Assembly: GCF_006345805.1 (NCBI RefSeq)
Contig: NC_042999.1
Span: forward strand, 143,096,001-143,160,000
Source: Octopus sinensis
Lineage: Eukaryota
Length of the DNA: 64,000 nucleotides
Direction of reading: 5' to 3'
The translations under genes and the position numbers were made by a program. The first letter of the stretch is position 1; each line of letters opens with the position of its first letter. The notes under the pieces were generated by a model. The model saw only the letters and a program-made list of their open reading frames with translations, was not told where the DNA came from and ran no database searches. Shown one piece after another: positions 26,200 to 40,300 of this stretch.

Positions 26200-27100
26200 A
26201 ACGATGGATTGGAAGAAGACACTAAATCTAATGCTGACATGACAGATGGGAAAAAGGCAATTTACAACAGAATAAAGGCAAGGCTACAGGAGAACGATAG
26301 CGACATTATATGCAACCTGAAAAAGGTGGATCGGTGGAAATTGAACCAAGAAACAAAAAATGTGAAATACATCAGAACAAAAAATATCACAGAAACAAAT
26401 AATTTGATCAAGGCAGCAAAGTATTGTTGTAGCAGAAAATGTAGGTGTTGATATCAAGAAAAAGAAATATAATGGGAATGGCAAAAGAAAAGATCTTTGG
26501 TGGAAAAGAAGAATACAGGCGAGGTTAGATATCCTTTCGAAGGACATTTCTGTGTCAGACCGAAAACAAAAGCGGGGGAGCTTAAAAGCGAACAAAAATA
26601 TAGGGCACTGAACAGGAAGTATAATATTGAAAGAAAGGGCCTGAAAATGGTTATGGAGGAATTGAAACAGCTCCTCGCTGCAAAGAAAGCAAAGATGGTT
26701 AGATACAACCAAAGAACGAAGGGTTACCAGCAGAAAAGATTATGCAGAGTTTATCAGAAAAGATTATACAAAGAAATAAATGGAAAGTGTACAGATAAAA
26801 AGTTGATACCAGATAACATTGAAAGTCAAAGGTTTTGGAGTGACATCTGGAGCAAAGACAAGGAGCACAAGAAGGATGCTGAATGGTTGCAAGAACTGAA
26901 ACAAACATTAGTCTGTCCCAAGCAAGATGCCAAGCAAACCATATATGCTTTTCAACAATGTAAAGTTCTCAAATTGATTAGTGACATCCCAGAGAAGGTA
27001 AATATACCCATAAAGATGTGGATATAAATTTCAGGAAACATGAAGAAAGATGCCAATCAGACCACGATTAAGTTCGCATCTAACTGTTGCAAAAAAATTT
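26200..27100 (+). pseudogene. R4/Dong-clade non-LTR retrotransposon, pre-RT fragment
   Basis: ITETNNLIKAA, KYNIERKGLKMVMEELKQ, RYNQR..QQKRL..QKRLYKEING, SQRFWSDIWSKDKEHKKDAEWLQELK. Confidence 0.75.
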
Positions 27101-27197
27101 CTATAATAGTAGGAATGATAGCAGGGTAGGTCAAGGAAGCTGATTAGCTGGAGAAAAGAACAGGAGAAAAAATATTGGGGGTGTAAAAGAAACAAAC

Positions 27198-27285
<88 letters not shown>

Positions 27286-27297
27286 ATATAATATATA

Positions 27298-28498
27298 TTA
27301 AAAAAGGAGATGTGGAACACGAGTTGTGATATATATAAAAGAAAATGAAGAAAATGCTGACAAAATAATTTAAGTAAGGGAGAGTGTATTTAATTAGGTG
27401 AAAGTTCTTTTTACCGGTTGCACATTTGTTATGCTTATCAAAAGATATATTTTTAAGACAATGCCACTCATACCCAGCGAATAACCATGGGATCCCACCT
27501 TATTAATAAATACAGACCACTTCTAAACACATCCCCCTAACACGAACCCACAACAAACACACTTACACCTGCACACACCCTACACACACTTTTACCCAGA
27601 TATTAACACCATGACACACGCAAATATATGGTTCCACACATACACATAATTTGATACGGGTGCAAAACATCCAACACTATTTTTTGGAAATGACTGTAAA
27701 TATTGACTTCACACAAACACGTTGCTTCCCGATACAGGCACAAGGCCAGCAGAACTATAAATATTGAAAATTGTACCCACACACGCACACATATATACAC
27801 GCGCGCGCGCCCCAACATACATATAAACACACACACACACACACGCGCACACATACATACATATAGCTCTTTCTGTCCTAAACGAACTTACTTATCCAGC
27901 TCAAATTCAGTCAAGCGGAAAATGCACTCCTTAACTACGCGCTAAAAAGCTATTTAAAATATCCACATGACGTCTACTGACCAGCCTGAACAATAAGAAT
28001 TTTCAACAACGCTATTTTCGAAAATCCATACACCACCCACACACATCAATCATTCTTCTAACATTCACGTGCCCTCTCTATTATGACCACATCCACGTGA
28101 CCTCTTTATTATGACCAATAAGAAATTTTAGGCGCGACACTAGCCAAATTTTAACATCTCTGGAGCCTATTTTCTTATCCCAACACCAACTTCCATTCAA
28201 ACATTCACGTGACCCCTTTATAATGACCAATCAAAATTGTATTGACCCTTGTCCACAAGAATTTTAGGCGCGAAACCAAGCAAATCTTAAACAACTCTGG
28301 AGCCTCTTTTTTCACATATAAGAGACAGCAACCCAACATAAAGTCAGATAAGAGAAAAAATCTATCAGAAAGGAACTCTATCTCTCTAAAAAAATATCTT
28401 TTGATAAGCATAACAAATGCGCAACCGTAAAAAGACTTTCACCTAATTAAATACACTCTCCCTTACTTAAATTATTTTGTCAGCATTTTCTTCATTTC

Positions 28499-28503
<5 letters not shown>
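27298..28503. mobile_element. Neptune-like PLE family A 3' UTR/pseudo-LTR with a short inverted terminal copy
   Basis: 27453-28503 matches 56990-58060. 27298-27452 is the inverted 3' terminus. (TA)n flanks. Confidence 0.88.
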
Positions 28504-28593
<90 letters not shown>

Positions 28594-28596
28594 ATT

Positions 28597-29693
28597 TATA
28601 ATAAGATTAGCTCGTATACGAGTGGGTATATATTTGTAAAAAATGAAGTTTGAAAATGCTGCTATATTAGACAAATTTTAATTTTAACGTGTTTCGGTTC
28701 TTGAAATGACGAACCTTATAAAAAAAAATTATATGTAATAAAGGGAGTCCATGCTATATGTTTAAAGAGTATTATGTAATAGTTCATAATTGTGACATAT
28801 ATTCAATAGAGTCAAATATAAAAAATTCATATATAATATTCAATAGAGTCAAATATAAAAAATTCATATATAATAAAGCGAGTCCATGCTATATGTTTAA
28901 AGAGTATGATGTAGTAGTTCATAATTGTGACATACATTCAATAGAGTCAAATATAAAAAATTCATGTTCTTGAAAAGGCGAGGAGTTCATTTTAGATTTT
29001 ACTTTGTGTTCCAATGGGAGCAACAGTAATGATTTTTGGTCGGTGTCTGCTCGCGGATTTATATCAGCTCAGCTAAGCTGTGGTCACTTGCACTTTTCAC
29101 TGACGTCATATAGTTCCAAACCAATCAAAACCCAGTCTCAACGAATATAGTGAAAAGACTCCTAACTGTATCCTGTTAGGAAATCAACCAAGCGGAACGA
29201 CAGTTTGGCCACGGAAGAAATACGTCATCATTTTTTTGACGAATTAGATCTGACCCATGACTGTATCCTGTTAGGTGGCTAGTCCAGCAGAACGAGACGT
29301 CATCAATGTTTTGACCAATCAGAATCGGGTCTGAGGTGGCTAGTCCAGCAGAACGAGACGTCATCAATGTTTTGACCAATCAGAATCGGGTCTGACCCAT
29401 AGCTGCATCGTGTGGGGAAACCGACCATACATATAGCATGGACTCGCTTTATTATATATGAATTTTTTATATTTGACTCTATTGAATATTATATATGAAT
29501 TTTTTATATTTGACTCTATTGAATATATGTCACAATTATGAACTATTACATCATACTCTTTAAACATATAGCATGGACTCCCTTTATTATATATAATTTT
29601 TTTTGATATGGTTCGTCATTTCAAGAACCGAAACATGTTAAAATTAAAATTTGTCTAATATAGCAGCATTTTCAAACTTCATTTTTTACAAAT
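28597..29693. mobile_element. Neptune-like PLE family B pseudo-LTR in fold-back arrangement
   Basis: About 28631-28905 is mirrored at about 29420-29693. Homologous to 47555-48400, which is attached to a GIY-YIG ORF end. Confidence 0.8.
29595..29645 (+). ncRNA. Hammerhead-like variant (U3-A8 core), family B
   Basis: TTTT-TTGATAT-GGTTC-gtcatttcaa-GAACC-GAAA-CATG-TT-AAAA. Palindromic ACATGT stem III. A9 is T in this copy. Confidence 0.45.
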
Positions 29694-29696
29694 ATA

Positions 29697-29727
<31 letters not shown>

Positions 29728-29742
29728 ATATATTATATATAT

Positions 29743-29793
<51 letters not shown>

Positions 29794-29949
29794 GTTACCC
29801 TCTCCAAGAATTTACTGGCAAGGTAATTTATCAGCCCGAGTCTAATAGGAGATAGTTGCCGAAAGTGTTCCGCAAGGAACCACACTGTCAGCTCCAAGAG
29901 AGCGAAATTCTTAATCACACAGTCTTACTCCTACACCTACCCAAGAATT

Positions 29950-30210
29950 TTAAATATCTCCGCTGCATTCCAATTCTTTGTAAATGTAAAAGTATATTCC
30001 GGCCACACCAACATGATGCCAATCGCGGCTTTAGAATTCAAAGATCATTTTCTATAATTGGTTTGCAATTCCCAAAGTAGTTATTCAATGTTTGGTGGAC
30101 CTCTGTTTCTTGATAGCATTATTGCCTCGCAATTTGCCGTCTCAAATGTCACTCTTTAGTCATCTGCTAAGAATTTCATTCTGATAAGGTCTCTTTCTGT
30201 CGGCCTATCT
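29950..30210 (-). pseudogene. Degenerate CR1/L2-group LINE post-RT fragment
   Basis: Minus strand gives VTFETA.CEAIMLSRNRGPP..LG..I...LMW, resembling the CR1-group region after YADD. Confidence 0.4.
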
Positions 30211-30316
30211 GCCTGCATGTTTGAACGCGTGATTAGTATCGTTTTCTAAGTCCTTGTAATTGTTTTCTCTGTATATTGTAATGAATATATTTGTATGAAT
30301 ATCTTCCTTGTGGAAG

Positions 30317-30385
<69 letters not shown>

Positions 30386-30844
30386 ACACACACACACACA
30401 CACACACAACACACACCACACACACATACACACGTGAGTGTGTAAATAGGTAACAGCTTTTCTCATAGACAAATTGTATTAAAGACACGCTTCAAAAAGC
30501 TTGGCGTCACCATCTCAATGAAATCATTGCAATCGTGGAAAGCTATTAACGTTTTTCGCGGTAGATAGCAAAGAATCATCTGAATAATTTTATTTCTACA
30601 TATAGATGTGAAATGAGCGTGTGTTCGCATTGTATTCAGAAATTAGAAATATGAACGCCCACAAAACTCTGTATATATTATTACGAACCACTTAGGTGGC
30701 AAGTTTTATATAATATTTATTTTGAGATATAGCAGCCTAATCTCCCACAAAATTCTGTCGAGAATAAATACGGAGAAAGACAGAAAATTGAAATGAAGTA
30801 GTAGTAGAAACCTCCTTCTCTCTCACTCTCTCTCTGTCTCTCTC

Positions 30845-30906
<62 letters not shown>

Positions 30907-31109
30907 CACACACACACCACACCACTCTCTCTCTCTCTCTCTCTCTCTTTTTCTCTATCTCTGCTCTAACGAATAGAAAAGTAGAGAATGAAATTATAAA
31001 AACGAGAGGAGAGTGATGGTATTATGGCAGCAATACGCTTGTGTGACGTCAAACTATTTTCCTTGTTTAGTCTCTTTCTTTCTTCCTTTCTGTCTCTCCC
31101 TGGAATAAT

Positions 31110-31216
<107 letters not shown>

Positions 31217-31442
31217 CTCACGGAAAAGGAAGGCATAGATAGAGTGTGGTATGGCGGCCGTTTGAAAACTGAATAACACTCATTTACGCATTGTGGAACC
31301 ATTCATGAAAGAACTACAAATGTAGTTTCCATTTGATTCAATTTTCAGTTTCTGAAAAGTGGCACACACACACACACACACACACCACACACACACACAC
31401 ACACATGTATGTATGTATGTATATATATATATATATATATAT

Positions 31443-32335
31443 ATCAACAATTGAGGGTAAAATTAATTAGTTATTAATCAATTTCACCAAGTATTCAGTA
31501 TGTAAAAGGGCCATTTAAGGCGAATTCAAAATATTACATTATATAATTAGGGCTTAGTGAAATAAATTACTTTGCCACATACTGAACCTTCTAGAAATAG
31601 CAGCCAAAAAAGTTTTTTAGCCATTTCCACTACTTAAAGAAAATTTCTCTCAGATAATGTTTACTCAAAATAACTCACGAAGGTATGGAGGTAAAAACAG
31701 AAAAATATCACAAGTACAAAGATTATTTGAGAACGTTAACGTTTCTAGATTAGCCAAATAAACTCAGCATTTCTTTCGTCAGCTCAACATTTCTTATTTT
31801 GGATTTGGAAGCACTAAAAAGAAAGAACATACCCATTGGCGACTTATCACCTCAGATGACCCGTTCAGACCGCCAGCACTAACAAATTCAAAATGTGCAA
31901 GTGAAGATTCCTGCTCTCCCCTTCCATCCACGTGGGTTATCTAGCAAACATTATATTTTAACGGTGAGAACCGAGGCAATATGACAGAGAGAAATGAATT
32001 ATAATATCAACAATTGAGGGTAAAATTAATTAGTTATTAATCAATTTCACCAAGTATTCAGTATGTAAAAGGACCATTTAAGGCGAATTCAAAATATTAC
32101 ATTATATAATTAGGGCTTAGTAAAATAAATTACTTTGCCACATACTGAACTTTCTAGAAATAGCAGCCAAAAAAGTTTTTTAGCCATTTCCACTACTTAA
32201 AGAAAATTTCTCTCAAGTAGTGGAAATGGCTAAACTTTCTCTTTAAGTAGTGGAAATGGCTAAACTTTTTTGGCTGCTATTTCTAGAAAGTTCAGTATGT
32301 GGCAAAGTAATTTATTTTACTAAGCCCTAATTATA

Positions 32336-32340
<5 letters not shown>
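31443..32340 (-). mobile_element. ORF-less hammerhead-bearing 563-bp unit, about 1.4 tandem copies plus an inverted tail (retrozyme-like / PLE pseudo-LTR derivative)
   Basis: 31445-31652 repeats at 32008-32214. 32215-32340 is inverted. (TA)n flanks. Homologous to the 49-54 kb unit. Confidence 0.8.
31727..31787 (-). ncRNA. Type I hammerhead ribozyme
   Basis: Minus strand: TTGAG-CTGACGA-(30-nt stem II region)-GAAA-CGTTAACG-TT-CTCAA. Perfect 5-bp stem I, palindromic ACGTTAACGT, GUU triplet. Confidence 0.8.
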
Positions 32341-32405
<65 letters not shown>

Positions 32406-32651
32406 TCTTTTACTTGTTTCAATCATTTGACTGCAGCCATGTTAGAGCACCGCCTTTAGTCGAACAAACCAACTCCAGGACTTACTCTTTGTAAGCCTAG
32501 TACTTATTCTGCCGGTCTCTTTTTGCCGAACCGTTAAGTTACGGGGATGTAAACACACCAACATTGATTGTCAAGCGATGGAGGGGACAAACACAGACAC
32601 ACACACACACAAATACACACACACACGCAAACACACACACACATACAAACT

Positions 32652-32695
<44 letters not shown>

Positions 32696-32849
32696 ACGGG
32701 CTTCTTTCAGTTTCCGTCTAGCAAATCCACTCACAAGGCTTTGGTCGAAGTCTCGTATTTTTGTTTATTATATTTCATTTGCGAGTCCGTGTATTGGGTT
32801 CTGTGCAATCTAATACTTCTGTATAGGGTTTTATTTAACCACGAACAGA

Positions 32850-33080
32850 AATGTTTCATTAGGAGCCAATGAGGTTAGCCACTATGTCAGGGTTGGACAC
32901 TTCTCGCCAACAGATGGAATTTCAACAGCATCCAGATTTGATCATCATTCTTCGACTTGGTCGAACAACCACCTGCAACGAGTCGGGATTCACAGGACGG
33001 TTGGTACCATTCATCCTTTCGATTGCTGAGATCAAGGTTTATAAAACATGGCTTGCGAGATCTCCGTTCGGGTGGTTTTT
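32850..33080 (-). pseudogene. Possible degenerate RTE-like LINE 3' fragment
   Basis: Weak resemblance to an RTE C-terminal GRPRK region and EKCPT end motif. Confidence 0.3.
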
Positions 33081-35604
33081 CTGAATCACCACCTCACCTT
33101 TGTACGCCAATCCGTCACAAGTTTACAAATTTACAGCTGAGGGAACTGGAGCAACGTGAAGTGAAGTGTTTTGCTCAAGAACGCAACGAACAGCTAGTCT
33201 GGGAATCGAAACTATGATCTCTCGATCCTGAGCGTTGCCCCCTAACCATTAGTGGGAGGGAAGGAAGGAGAGAAGGAAGAGAGTTTTATCCAAACCGGAG
33301 ATCTAGCTTGAATGCTTGCAAAAAGGTTAGCTCCGCCAAAAGCACCCAAAGTGTCAGGTAGTAATATTAAATCGAACGACGGGTTAACTTACAGGTGTCA
33401 AACTAATTAAATCTTTAAAGATGCAGTACTATGGTTTATACCACTGCATCTTCCACATTAATTTCTGTCTGAGCTATTTTGTAATAACCTAGTCCTGTGT
33501 CCCGTGTTTTCCAAAATCATATATTGCAGAAAATGCCTTTTTTTCTTTTTATAGCAGGGATTTAAAGAATGTCTCAGAAAGAATTAGCTAATTTTAATCC
33601 AAATGCTTAGGAACGATATGAATGTCAGAATTTCTCATTCTCCCGATAACTTGTATCTTTTCTACTCTAGGCACAAGGCCCGAAATTTTTGGGGAGGGGG
33701 CCAGTCGATAATATCGACCCCAGTACACAACTGGTACTTAATTTATCGACCCCGAAAGGATCAAAAGAAAAGTCGACCTCGGCGGAAAAGCACTGTAGTT
33801 ATTGTTGTAATTGCTCATCCCCAGCTAATCTCAGATCAAACAGATTTATAGTCAAAGGTGTTCCAATCATGACCATCTATAGTATTTTCAAGATTCAGTA
33901 ACTATTTGTAGCAAATCAAGCAAGTACGAAGAAGCTCCTGCGTTGGCACTTAGTGGTAAGTATCCCCGTCTACCAGACGATGTGTTGTGGGGGTAAGTTC
34001 TTGGTAACTCGTTTTCGATACTTACTTGAAACCGTTTTTACTTATACTACTTAAACGTTTCTAAAAGTTTCTGAACGTCATAACGTCCGGCTCCTCTATA
34101 AATGTTGAGGTTTATGCAACGTATATAAAAAAGATATCTCTACTAAATCAAGAAAATAGTGCCACTATAACAATGGGCAATGATTCATCATCTAAAAACA
34201 TTCTGACCGGAAAGAAGCGTGGATGGGAAGAGAGTAAGAGGCTGTCAAGGACGTTTGAAGACTGAAGTCATCAAAGAATGGATTGGTTTATTGTTGTATG
34301 CATGTAGCACAACTCTGAGGTTGGAGAATCTTGGCAAACCGAGGGGTAGTGGGGACATGATACATATAATATGTGTGCGCACGTATATGATACATATAAT
34401 GTGTGTACAAACATATATACATACATACGCACACACACCCACATACACATATATACATACATACGCACACACACCCACATACACATATATACATACATAC
34501 GCACACCCACCCACATACACATATATACATACATACATACATACATACGCACATACAACCACATACACATATATAAATTATTTAAATGGTGAGAGCTTTG
34601 GAGTAGAAAAGTGCTCAAGGTTAGTAGTTTCTGGCCTTTGAGATTTCACCCTGTTTCGGTTTCCGTCGTAACCAATTCTATAAATTTACATTATTAACGA
34701 CAATGGAAAGGGAATGAATTTTACACAACAGTATTTCTCATGCTCTGTAAATTCGAGGTCTGGGGCTTCTTTATGTGAGAAACTAACATGAGGGAAGTAT
34801 GAGGGAAGACTTGGGATGGCAGAAACAGTAATGTACTGAACTAAATTCTCTACATTATTTTGTTCCATTATTCTGCATTCGAAGTTCAAATCGCGCCAGA
34901 GTTGGCTTTGCTCTTTATCTTCGATGTTAATAAAATGAATACTTCTCATGTACTGCAGTGGTCTCTAGTGTGAGAAACGACAATATGATTATGCATAAAT
35001 TAATTAAAGCCAAATTGATCTATTTTTCTATCTTATTCTGAACTGGAACTGATTAATATCAATTAACATATCATCAACAATGTATTTATATCTATTTTTC
35101 TTGTCACACCCTTCCAGATACGGGTCGTCATATCATAAATTCCTTAAACATATTTTGCCAATGATGCGTAGGTCTAGCCACCAAACTAAATATAAATAAA
35201 ATATTTCCATACTTAGTAGTTTCTGATTTAGATACAAAACCATCAGTTTTAAAGGGAGAGGTAGAGTCGATCCCATCGACTCAGTACTTGACTGGTACTT
35301 TTTATTTTATCGATTTCGACGGAATGAAAGGCAAAGTTGACCTCGGCAGAATTTGAACTCGGAATTCAACACATGCATACATGCAACATTGTTAGACGAA
35401 CAATATTTATTAAACCCCACTGAATAAGTACTTTCAATTTTGGCGGATCTATTTTATACATTTGTTTAGCTATTTATATATGTATTTATTTGTTTTCAAT
35501 TTTATATGTATATACGTGAATATAAATAGAATATTATAATATTCGATTCCCTTCTTTATGTCGGTTTTCAGAGGTCTCGTTCGAATATTTGCTACTACCT
35601 ATTT

Positions 35605-35832
35605 CTTTACTACTCACAAGGGGCTAAACACAGAGGGGACAAACAAGGATAGACAAACGGATTAAGTCGATTATATCGACCCCAGTGCGCAACTGGTACT
35701 TATTTAATCGACCCCGAAGGGATGAAAGGCAAAGTCGACCTCGGCGGAATTTGAACTCAGAACGTAGAGGCAGACGAAATACCACTAAGCTTTTCGCCCG
35801 GCGTGCTAACGTTTCTGCCAGCTCGCCGTCTT
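35605..35832 (-). mobile_element. Family A SINE
   Basis: Reverse complement of 958-1186. Confidence 0.85.
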
Positions 35833-35901
35833 GAATATTTGCTACTACCACCGAACTCTGCATCTGAGGTTGGCTTCATCTTACCTTGCAACCGCGGCTA
35901 T

Positions 35902-35996
<95 letters not shown>

Positions 35997-36706
35997 TACA
36001 TAGTTGAAATGTCAGTCACATTATTGTGGTGTCTGGGTAGGTTGAGTAGCGTGGGAATTAAACCAACTTGTTTGCGAGTTTAATTTTATTAAATGGAAGT
36101 GTTAAAGTTTATTGTGTTTTTTTTTTGTGTGTGAGGTGGGATGTTGGTATTTGGAGAGAGCGGTCAGAAGAGCTCAAGTTATCCATATGAAGTATCGAAT
36201 TATCCATATGAAGTAAGAGGGGTTTGGGTGGTGATTGCAAAAACAGATTTGTTCCTTTTCGAGTATCTAAGATTGACAGTTTTTGGTTTGTAAAATGGTA
36301 TGCAGGAGAGTGTTGTTAATGTGTAAAACATATGTCGTTTCGTTTGTGGGAGAGAACCAGAGAACATCTATAGACATATGGGCGTATACATGCCGAGAAA
36401 CATGCACGGTAGTATGTAGAAACACACACACACACACACACACACACAGTCACGCAGACACACAGACACACACACACAGACACACACACAGACACACAGA
36501 CACAGACACACACACACACACACACACACACAAGCACACAAGCACAAACATACACACACGTAATATTTAAAGAAACACTCAAATACGCACACATACAGCA
36601 CGCTCACGTATTTTCGCGCACACATAGACACGTGCTTATAATGACGGCCACAGGAATATACATTTAAACAAATATACACATATATCTATATATACGCATA
36701 TATAGC

Positions 36707-36738
<32 letters not shown>

Positions 36739-36877
36739 TACACACAAGCATACACACAAGCATACATACATACATACTACATACATACATACATACATAC
36801 ATACATACATACACACACACATACACATACATACATACATACATACATACATACATACATACATACATACATACACA

Positions 36878-37400
36878 GTATTATCTACCGACAGGACAGG
36901 ATGTTGTAGCTAGAACACTGTATGATGAGATCCGTCGGAAGGATAACCCCGAGGCGAAAGGAATAAGAACCCACATTATGGAAGAGACCATAGGCACTCA
37001 TAATATTGGTGGGATGAATAATTGAAGTCCTCAATAAAATGTAAACATAATAAACCTGACATAGTGATTTGGCACAGAGAAGAGAAACTGTACACAGTTG
37101 TGGAAATCAGCTGCCCAGCCGATGTAAACATAAAGCTAAAGATCAGCGAAAAAGAAGATACCTACGCTGAACTATCGAGGAATCTACAGTTACTCTGTCC
37201 AGATTACAAGTTCAGGTTTATACCTGTAATTATTGGGACACTGTGATATGTAACACACTGCCCAAATACCAGACTTAAGAAATTAGGCTTCTCAAAATCA
37301 AAAAGGATCCAAGCCATCACTGGAACTATAAAAATCTATATAATTTTCCAGTAGTTTTTTTTTAAAAGTATATATGAGCATGTCTAGGCATGCAACTATA
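36878..37400 (+). pseudogene. R4/Dong-clade 3' fragment with restriction-like endonuclease
   Basis: YYLP...DVVARTLYDEIRRK; KHNKPDIVIWHREEK..VEISCPADVN..EKEDTYAEL..FIPVIIGTL. Confidence 0.8.
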
Positions 37401-37439
37401 TGCATGAGAATACATATATACAATATATATATATATATA

Positions 37440-39010
37440 TATATATATACAGTTTCTATCCCAGTCGGTCATCCCGGTTTTCAAACAGGGAAACAGATCC
37501 CTCGCAGTCGACTATCGCCCAATCTCACTCACCTCCTACATCATTAAAGTGTTTGAAAGAGTGTTAAGATCAAGGATAGCTGACTTCCTGGAGACCCACA
37601 AACTCCTAAATTCAAATCAGCATGGCTTCGCTGTGGCAGGGACTGTCTAACACAGCTCTTACACCACATTGAAGATGTACTCAAAGCCTGGGAACAGGTT
37701 CGAACTCTGACGTCATATATCTTGACTTCAGTAAAGCGTCGACAGGGTAGACCATAACATCCTACTCTCAAAATTGGCAAATGTTGGAATCCGTGGAAAA
37801 GTTCTACACTGGATTAAGTATTTCCTGGCGAATAGAACACAACATGTTGTAGTTGATGGAGTCCACTCAAACCCAGCAAAAGTCACCAGCGGTGTTCCCC
37901 AGGGAACTGTTTTGGGTCCGCTACTCTTCATAATTTACGTAAACGACCTTTCCAGAGTCGTACATTACTGCAAAGTGAAAATATTCGCTGATGACACTAA
38001 GCTCCAGCAAATCGTCAATGAAGAAGCAGACCGAACTCAACTCCAGTCTGATCTATATGCTGTGAGTCAATGGGCAGACAGAAACAAAATGCAACTGAAT
38101 GAGGGAAAATTTGAGCTGATGCATTTTGGAAGAAATTCCTCACTAAAACAACCATACTCTCTTCCTTCAGGGGAACCGCTCACAGCCTCTAACAATATCA
38201 GAGACCTGGGTGTAATTGTTGATGACGATCTCAGTTGGAGTGCACACATCAACAAGAAGGTTGATATAGCTCGTAGGATGAGTTCCTGGATCTTAAGAAC
38301 TTTCCGGTCCAGAGAACAAGGTGTCATCATACCACTTTTTTCCTCCTTTGTACGGCCACACCTTGAATACTGCTGCCCACTGTGGTCTCCTCACACAAGA
38401 CAAAACATCTCCAGAATTGAGTCACCCCAGAGGGCTCTCACTAAACAAATTGAAGGCATGGCTGCTCTCGATTATTGGGATCGCCTTAAAGCCTTGAAAC
38501 TTTACTCCCTCCAGCGTCGCCGTGAGCGGTACATCATTTGTACGATGTGGAAAATATACCGCCAACTTTGCCCAAACGACCTAAACATTAGCTTCAAGGT
38601 TCATCCAAGACTTGGACCACGGGCTATACGTCCCCTGCCAAATTCAAGATCACAACATACATGTACACTGCAACATAATTTCTTTTCCTCAACAGGCCCT
38701 GCCTATTTAACATTGTCCCGAGGGAGATCAAAGAGGAAAAGGATCCCATCAACTTTAACAGAGTCTGGACAGATTCCTTCAAAGAATACCAGATAAGCCA
38801 CCCATAATTGGATACAACTCACCCAACAAGAACTCACTACTTGAACAAAACTGGATACAACTCACCCAACAAGAACTCACTACTTGAACAAAACTTGACT
38901 TAAACAAAACTTGACTTAAACAGGATTCGAATAATCCTATCAGGTGGTGCTATTAAGTTAGACATGGCCTGGACCAATCTTTGGTCGAAACATATCTAAG
39001 TTTATCTAAG
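37440..39010 (+). pseudogene. 5'-truncated CR1/L2-group LINE (RT and C-terminus), few lesions
   Basis: RPISLTSYIIKVFER, QHGF, YLDFSKA, SGVPQGTVLGPLLFIIYVNDL, FADDTK, RPHLEYCCPLWSPH. ORF 37774-38796. 3' end (CTAAGTTTAT)x2. Confidence 0.9.
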
Positions 39011-39329
39011 TTTATATATATATATGTAGCGTACTAGTCTGAACATATACATGCAAATATACAAAAATACTCTGATGATGTTGAAATTCCAATGAAGGAG
39101 CCTTGAATCTAGGTTAGAAACCGATTCTTTATTGGCAAGAAATCTTGAAATAAAACTGAATAATGACATACATACACACATGCACACACATACATACATA
39201 ATACATACATACATACATGTTTATATGTATACAGGTTGCTTGAATGTGTTCCTCGAAGATCGCCGCATAATAAGCTACATATTGATTGATGAGGAGACAG
39301 GAGGAAAGAAACGAGTTTTGGGTTGTGCC

Positions 39330-40300
39330 GAGTAACTTTTCATCAGGGAAACGATGCTTAAGGATGTGAAGCAGCATCACTGAAGTCTACTGACTGTTTG
39401 ACTTGATTAATAGAAAGCGTTTGAACTCAATTACTCACCTGGGGTTACTAAAATCAGTACAAGTTCTATTTCACTGCTATAGTTGATGACATTAAACAAC
39501 TTATTACACCATAGTCCATACAGATACCAGTAAGAACTGAAGCAACTACTACACTCACAAACAATATTGGGTTCTTGACTGAAATATTCCGGAGTAACGA
39601 CTTGCGCAAAATGATGTTCGTCCTAGAGGGGAACTCTGTTTTCGCTCTGTTGAAACAATGTCAAAGCTACGTGTCAGCATATGCAGAAGAGTCAATATTA
39701 ATGTTACCTAAACTCCCGCTCTTTTTTTTTTTATTGATGATTTTAAGTTGTATTCAGATGATATTCACCTCATAGAGACAATTAGAGCTGCACACAACGT
39801 TCTCATGGGACATAGAAGTGAAGTTTGGTCAGGATATGTGTTCAGATTTGGTCGTCAATCGGGGAAAGATTGATCAGACGAGAAAAATACTTAGATTACC
39901 TTTTCTAGGTCCTTTCTGATTAACAAGTGAGCAGTGTTATCGGTAGAAAGGGCTGCCTAGTCGCTCGAAGACCTCTCGAATGTATCCATCGCCATAGTTT
40001 GGAAAATATGCGACCAATGTCCCAAGCCGTCCATGTGAAGATTCAAGTTTGCAGCTACATACTTCTAGTTGGTTAAACCCGAATAATTCTATTTCCCAAT
40101 TGCCCCAGGACTTTGCCTTGCCATTGTGTGTTTCCCAAGAAGTTCCTGTGCATGGAATTGAGCATAGTGAGGGAAGAGTGCACAAAACTGCACGGAATTT
40201 TTCTATAGAACAGTTTCTCATCGTCGGTGGCTCAGTATGAGCTGAAACCACCAGAAGCTGAGAGATTCACAGGTTTTACATCAGAGTGTCTGTCAAGTTT
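39330..40300 (+). pseudogene. Old degenerate R4/Dong-like RT fragment
   Basis: FIDDFKLY around 39730, then DIEVKFGQDMCSDLVVNRGK (cf. DIGMEFGLDKCA.L..KRG), and AQDFALP near 40100. Confidence 0.55.

Noticed and set aside
39937-40251. Minus-strand 104-aa ORF considered as a DNA-transposon or TnpB/Fanzor-like fragment
   Set aside because: No RuvC or Zn-finger motifs. The opposite strand carries degenerate R4/Dong RT motifs that explain the region.
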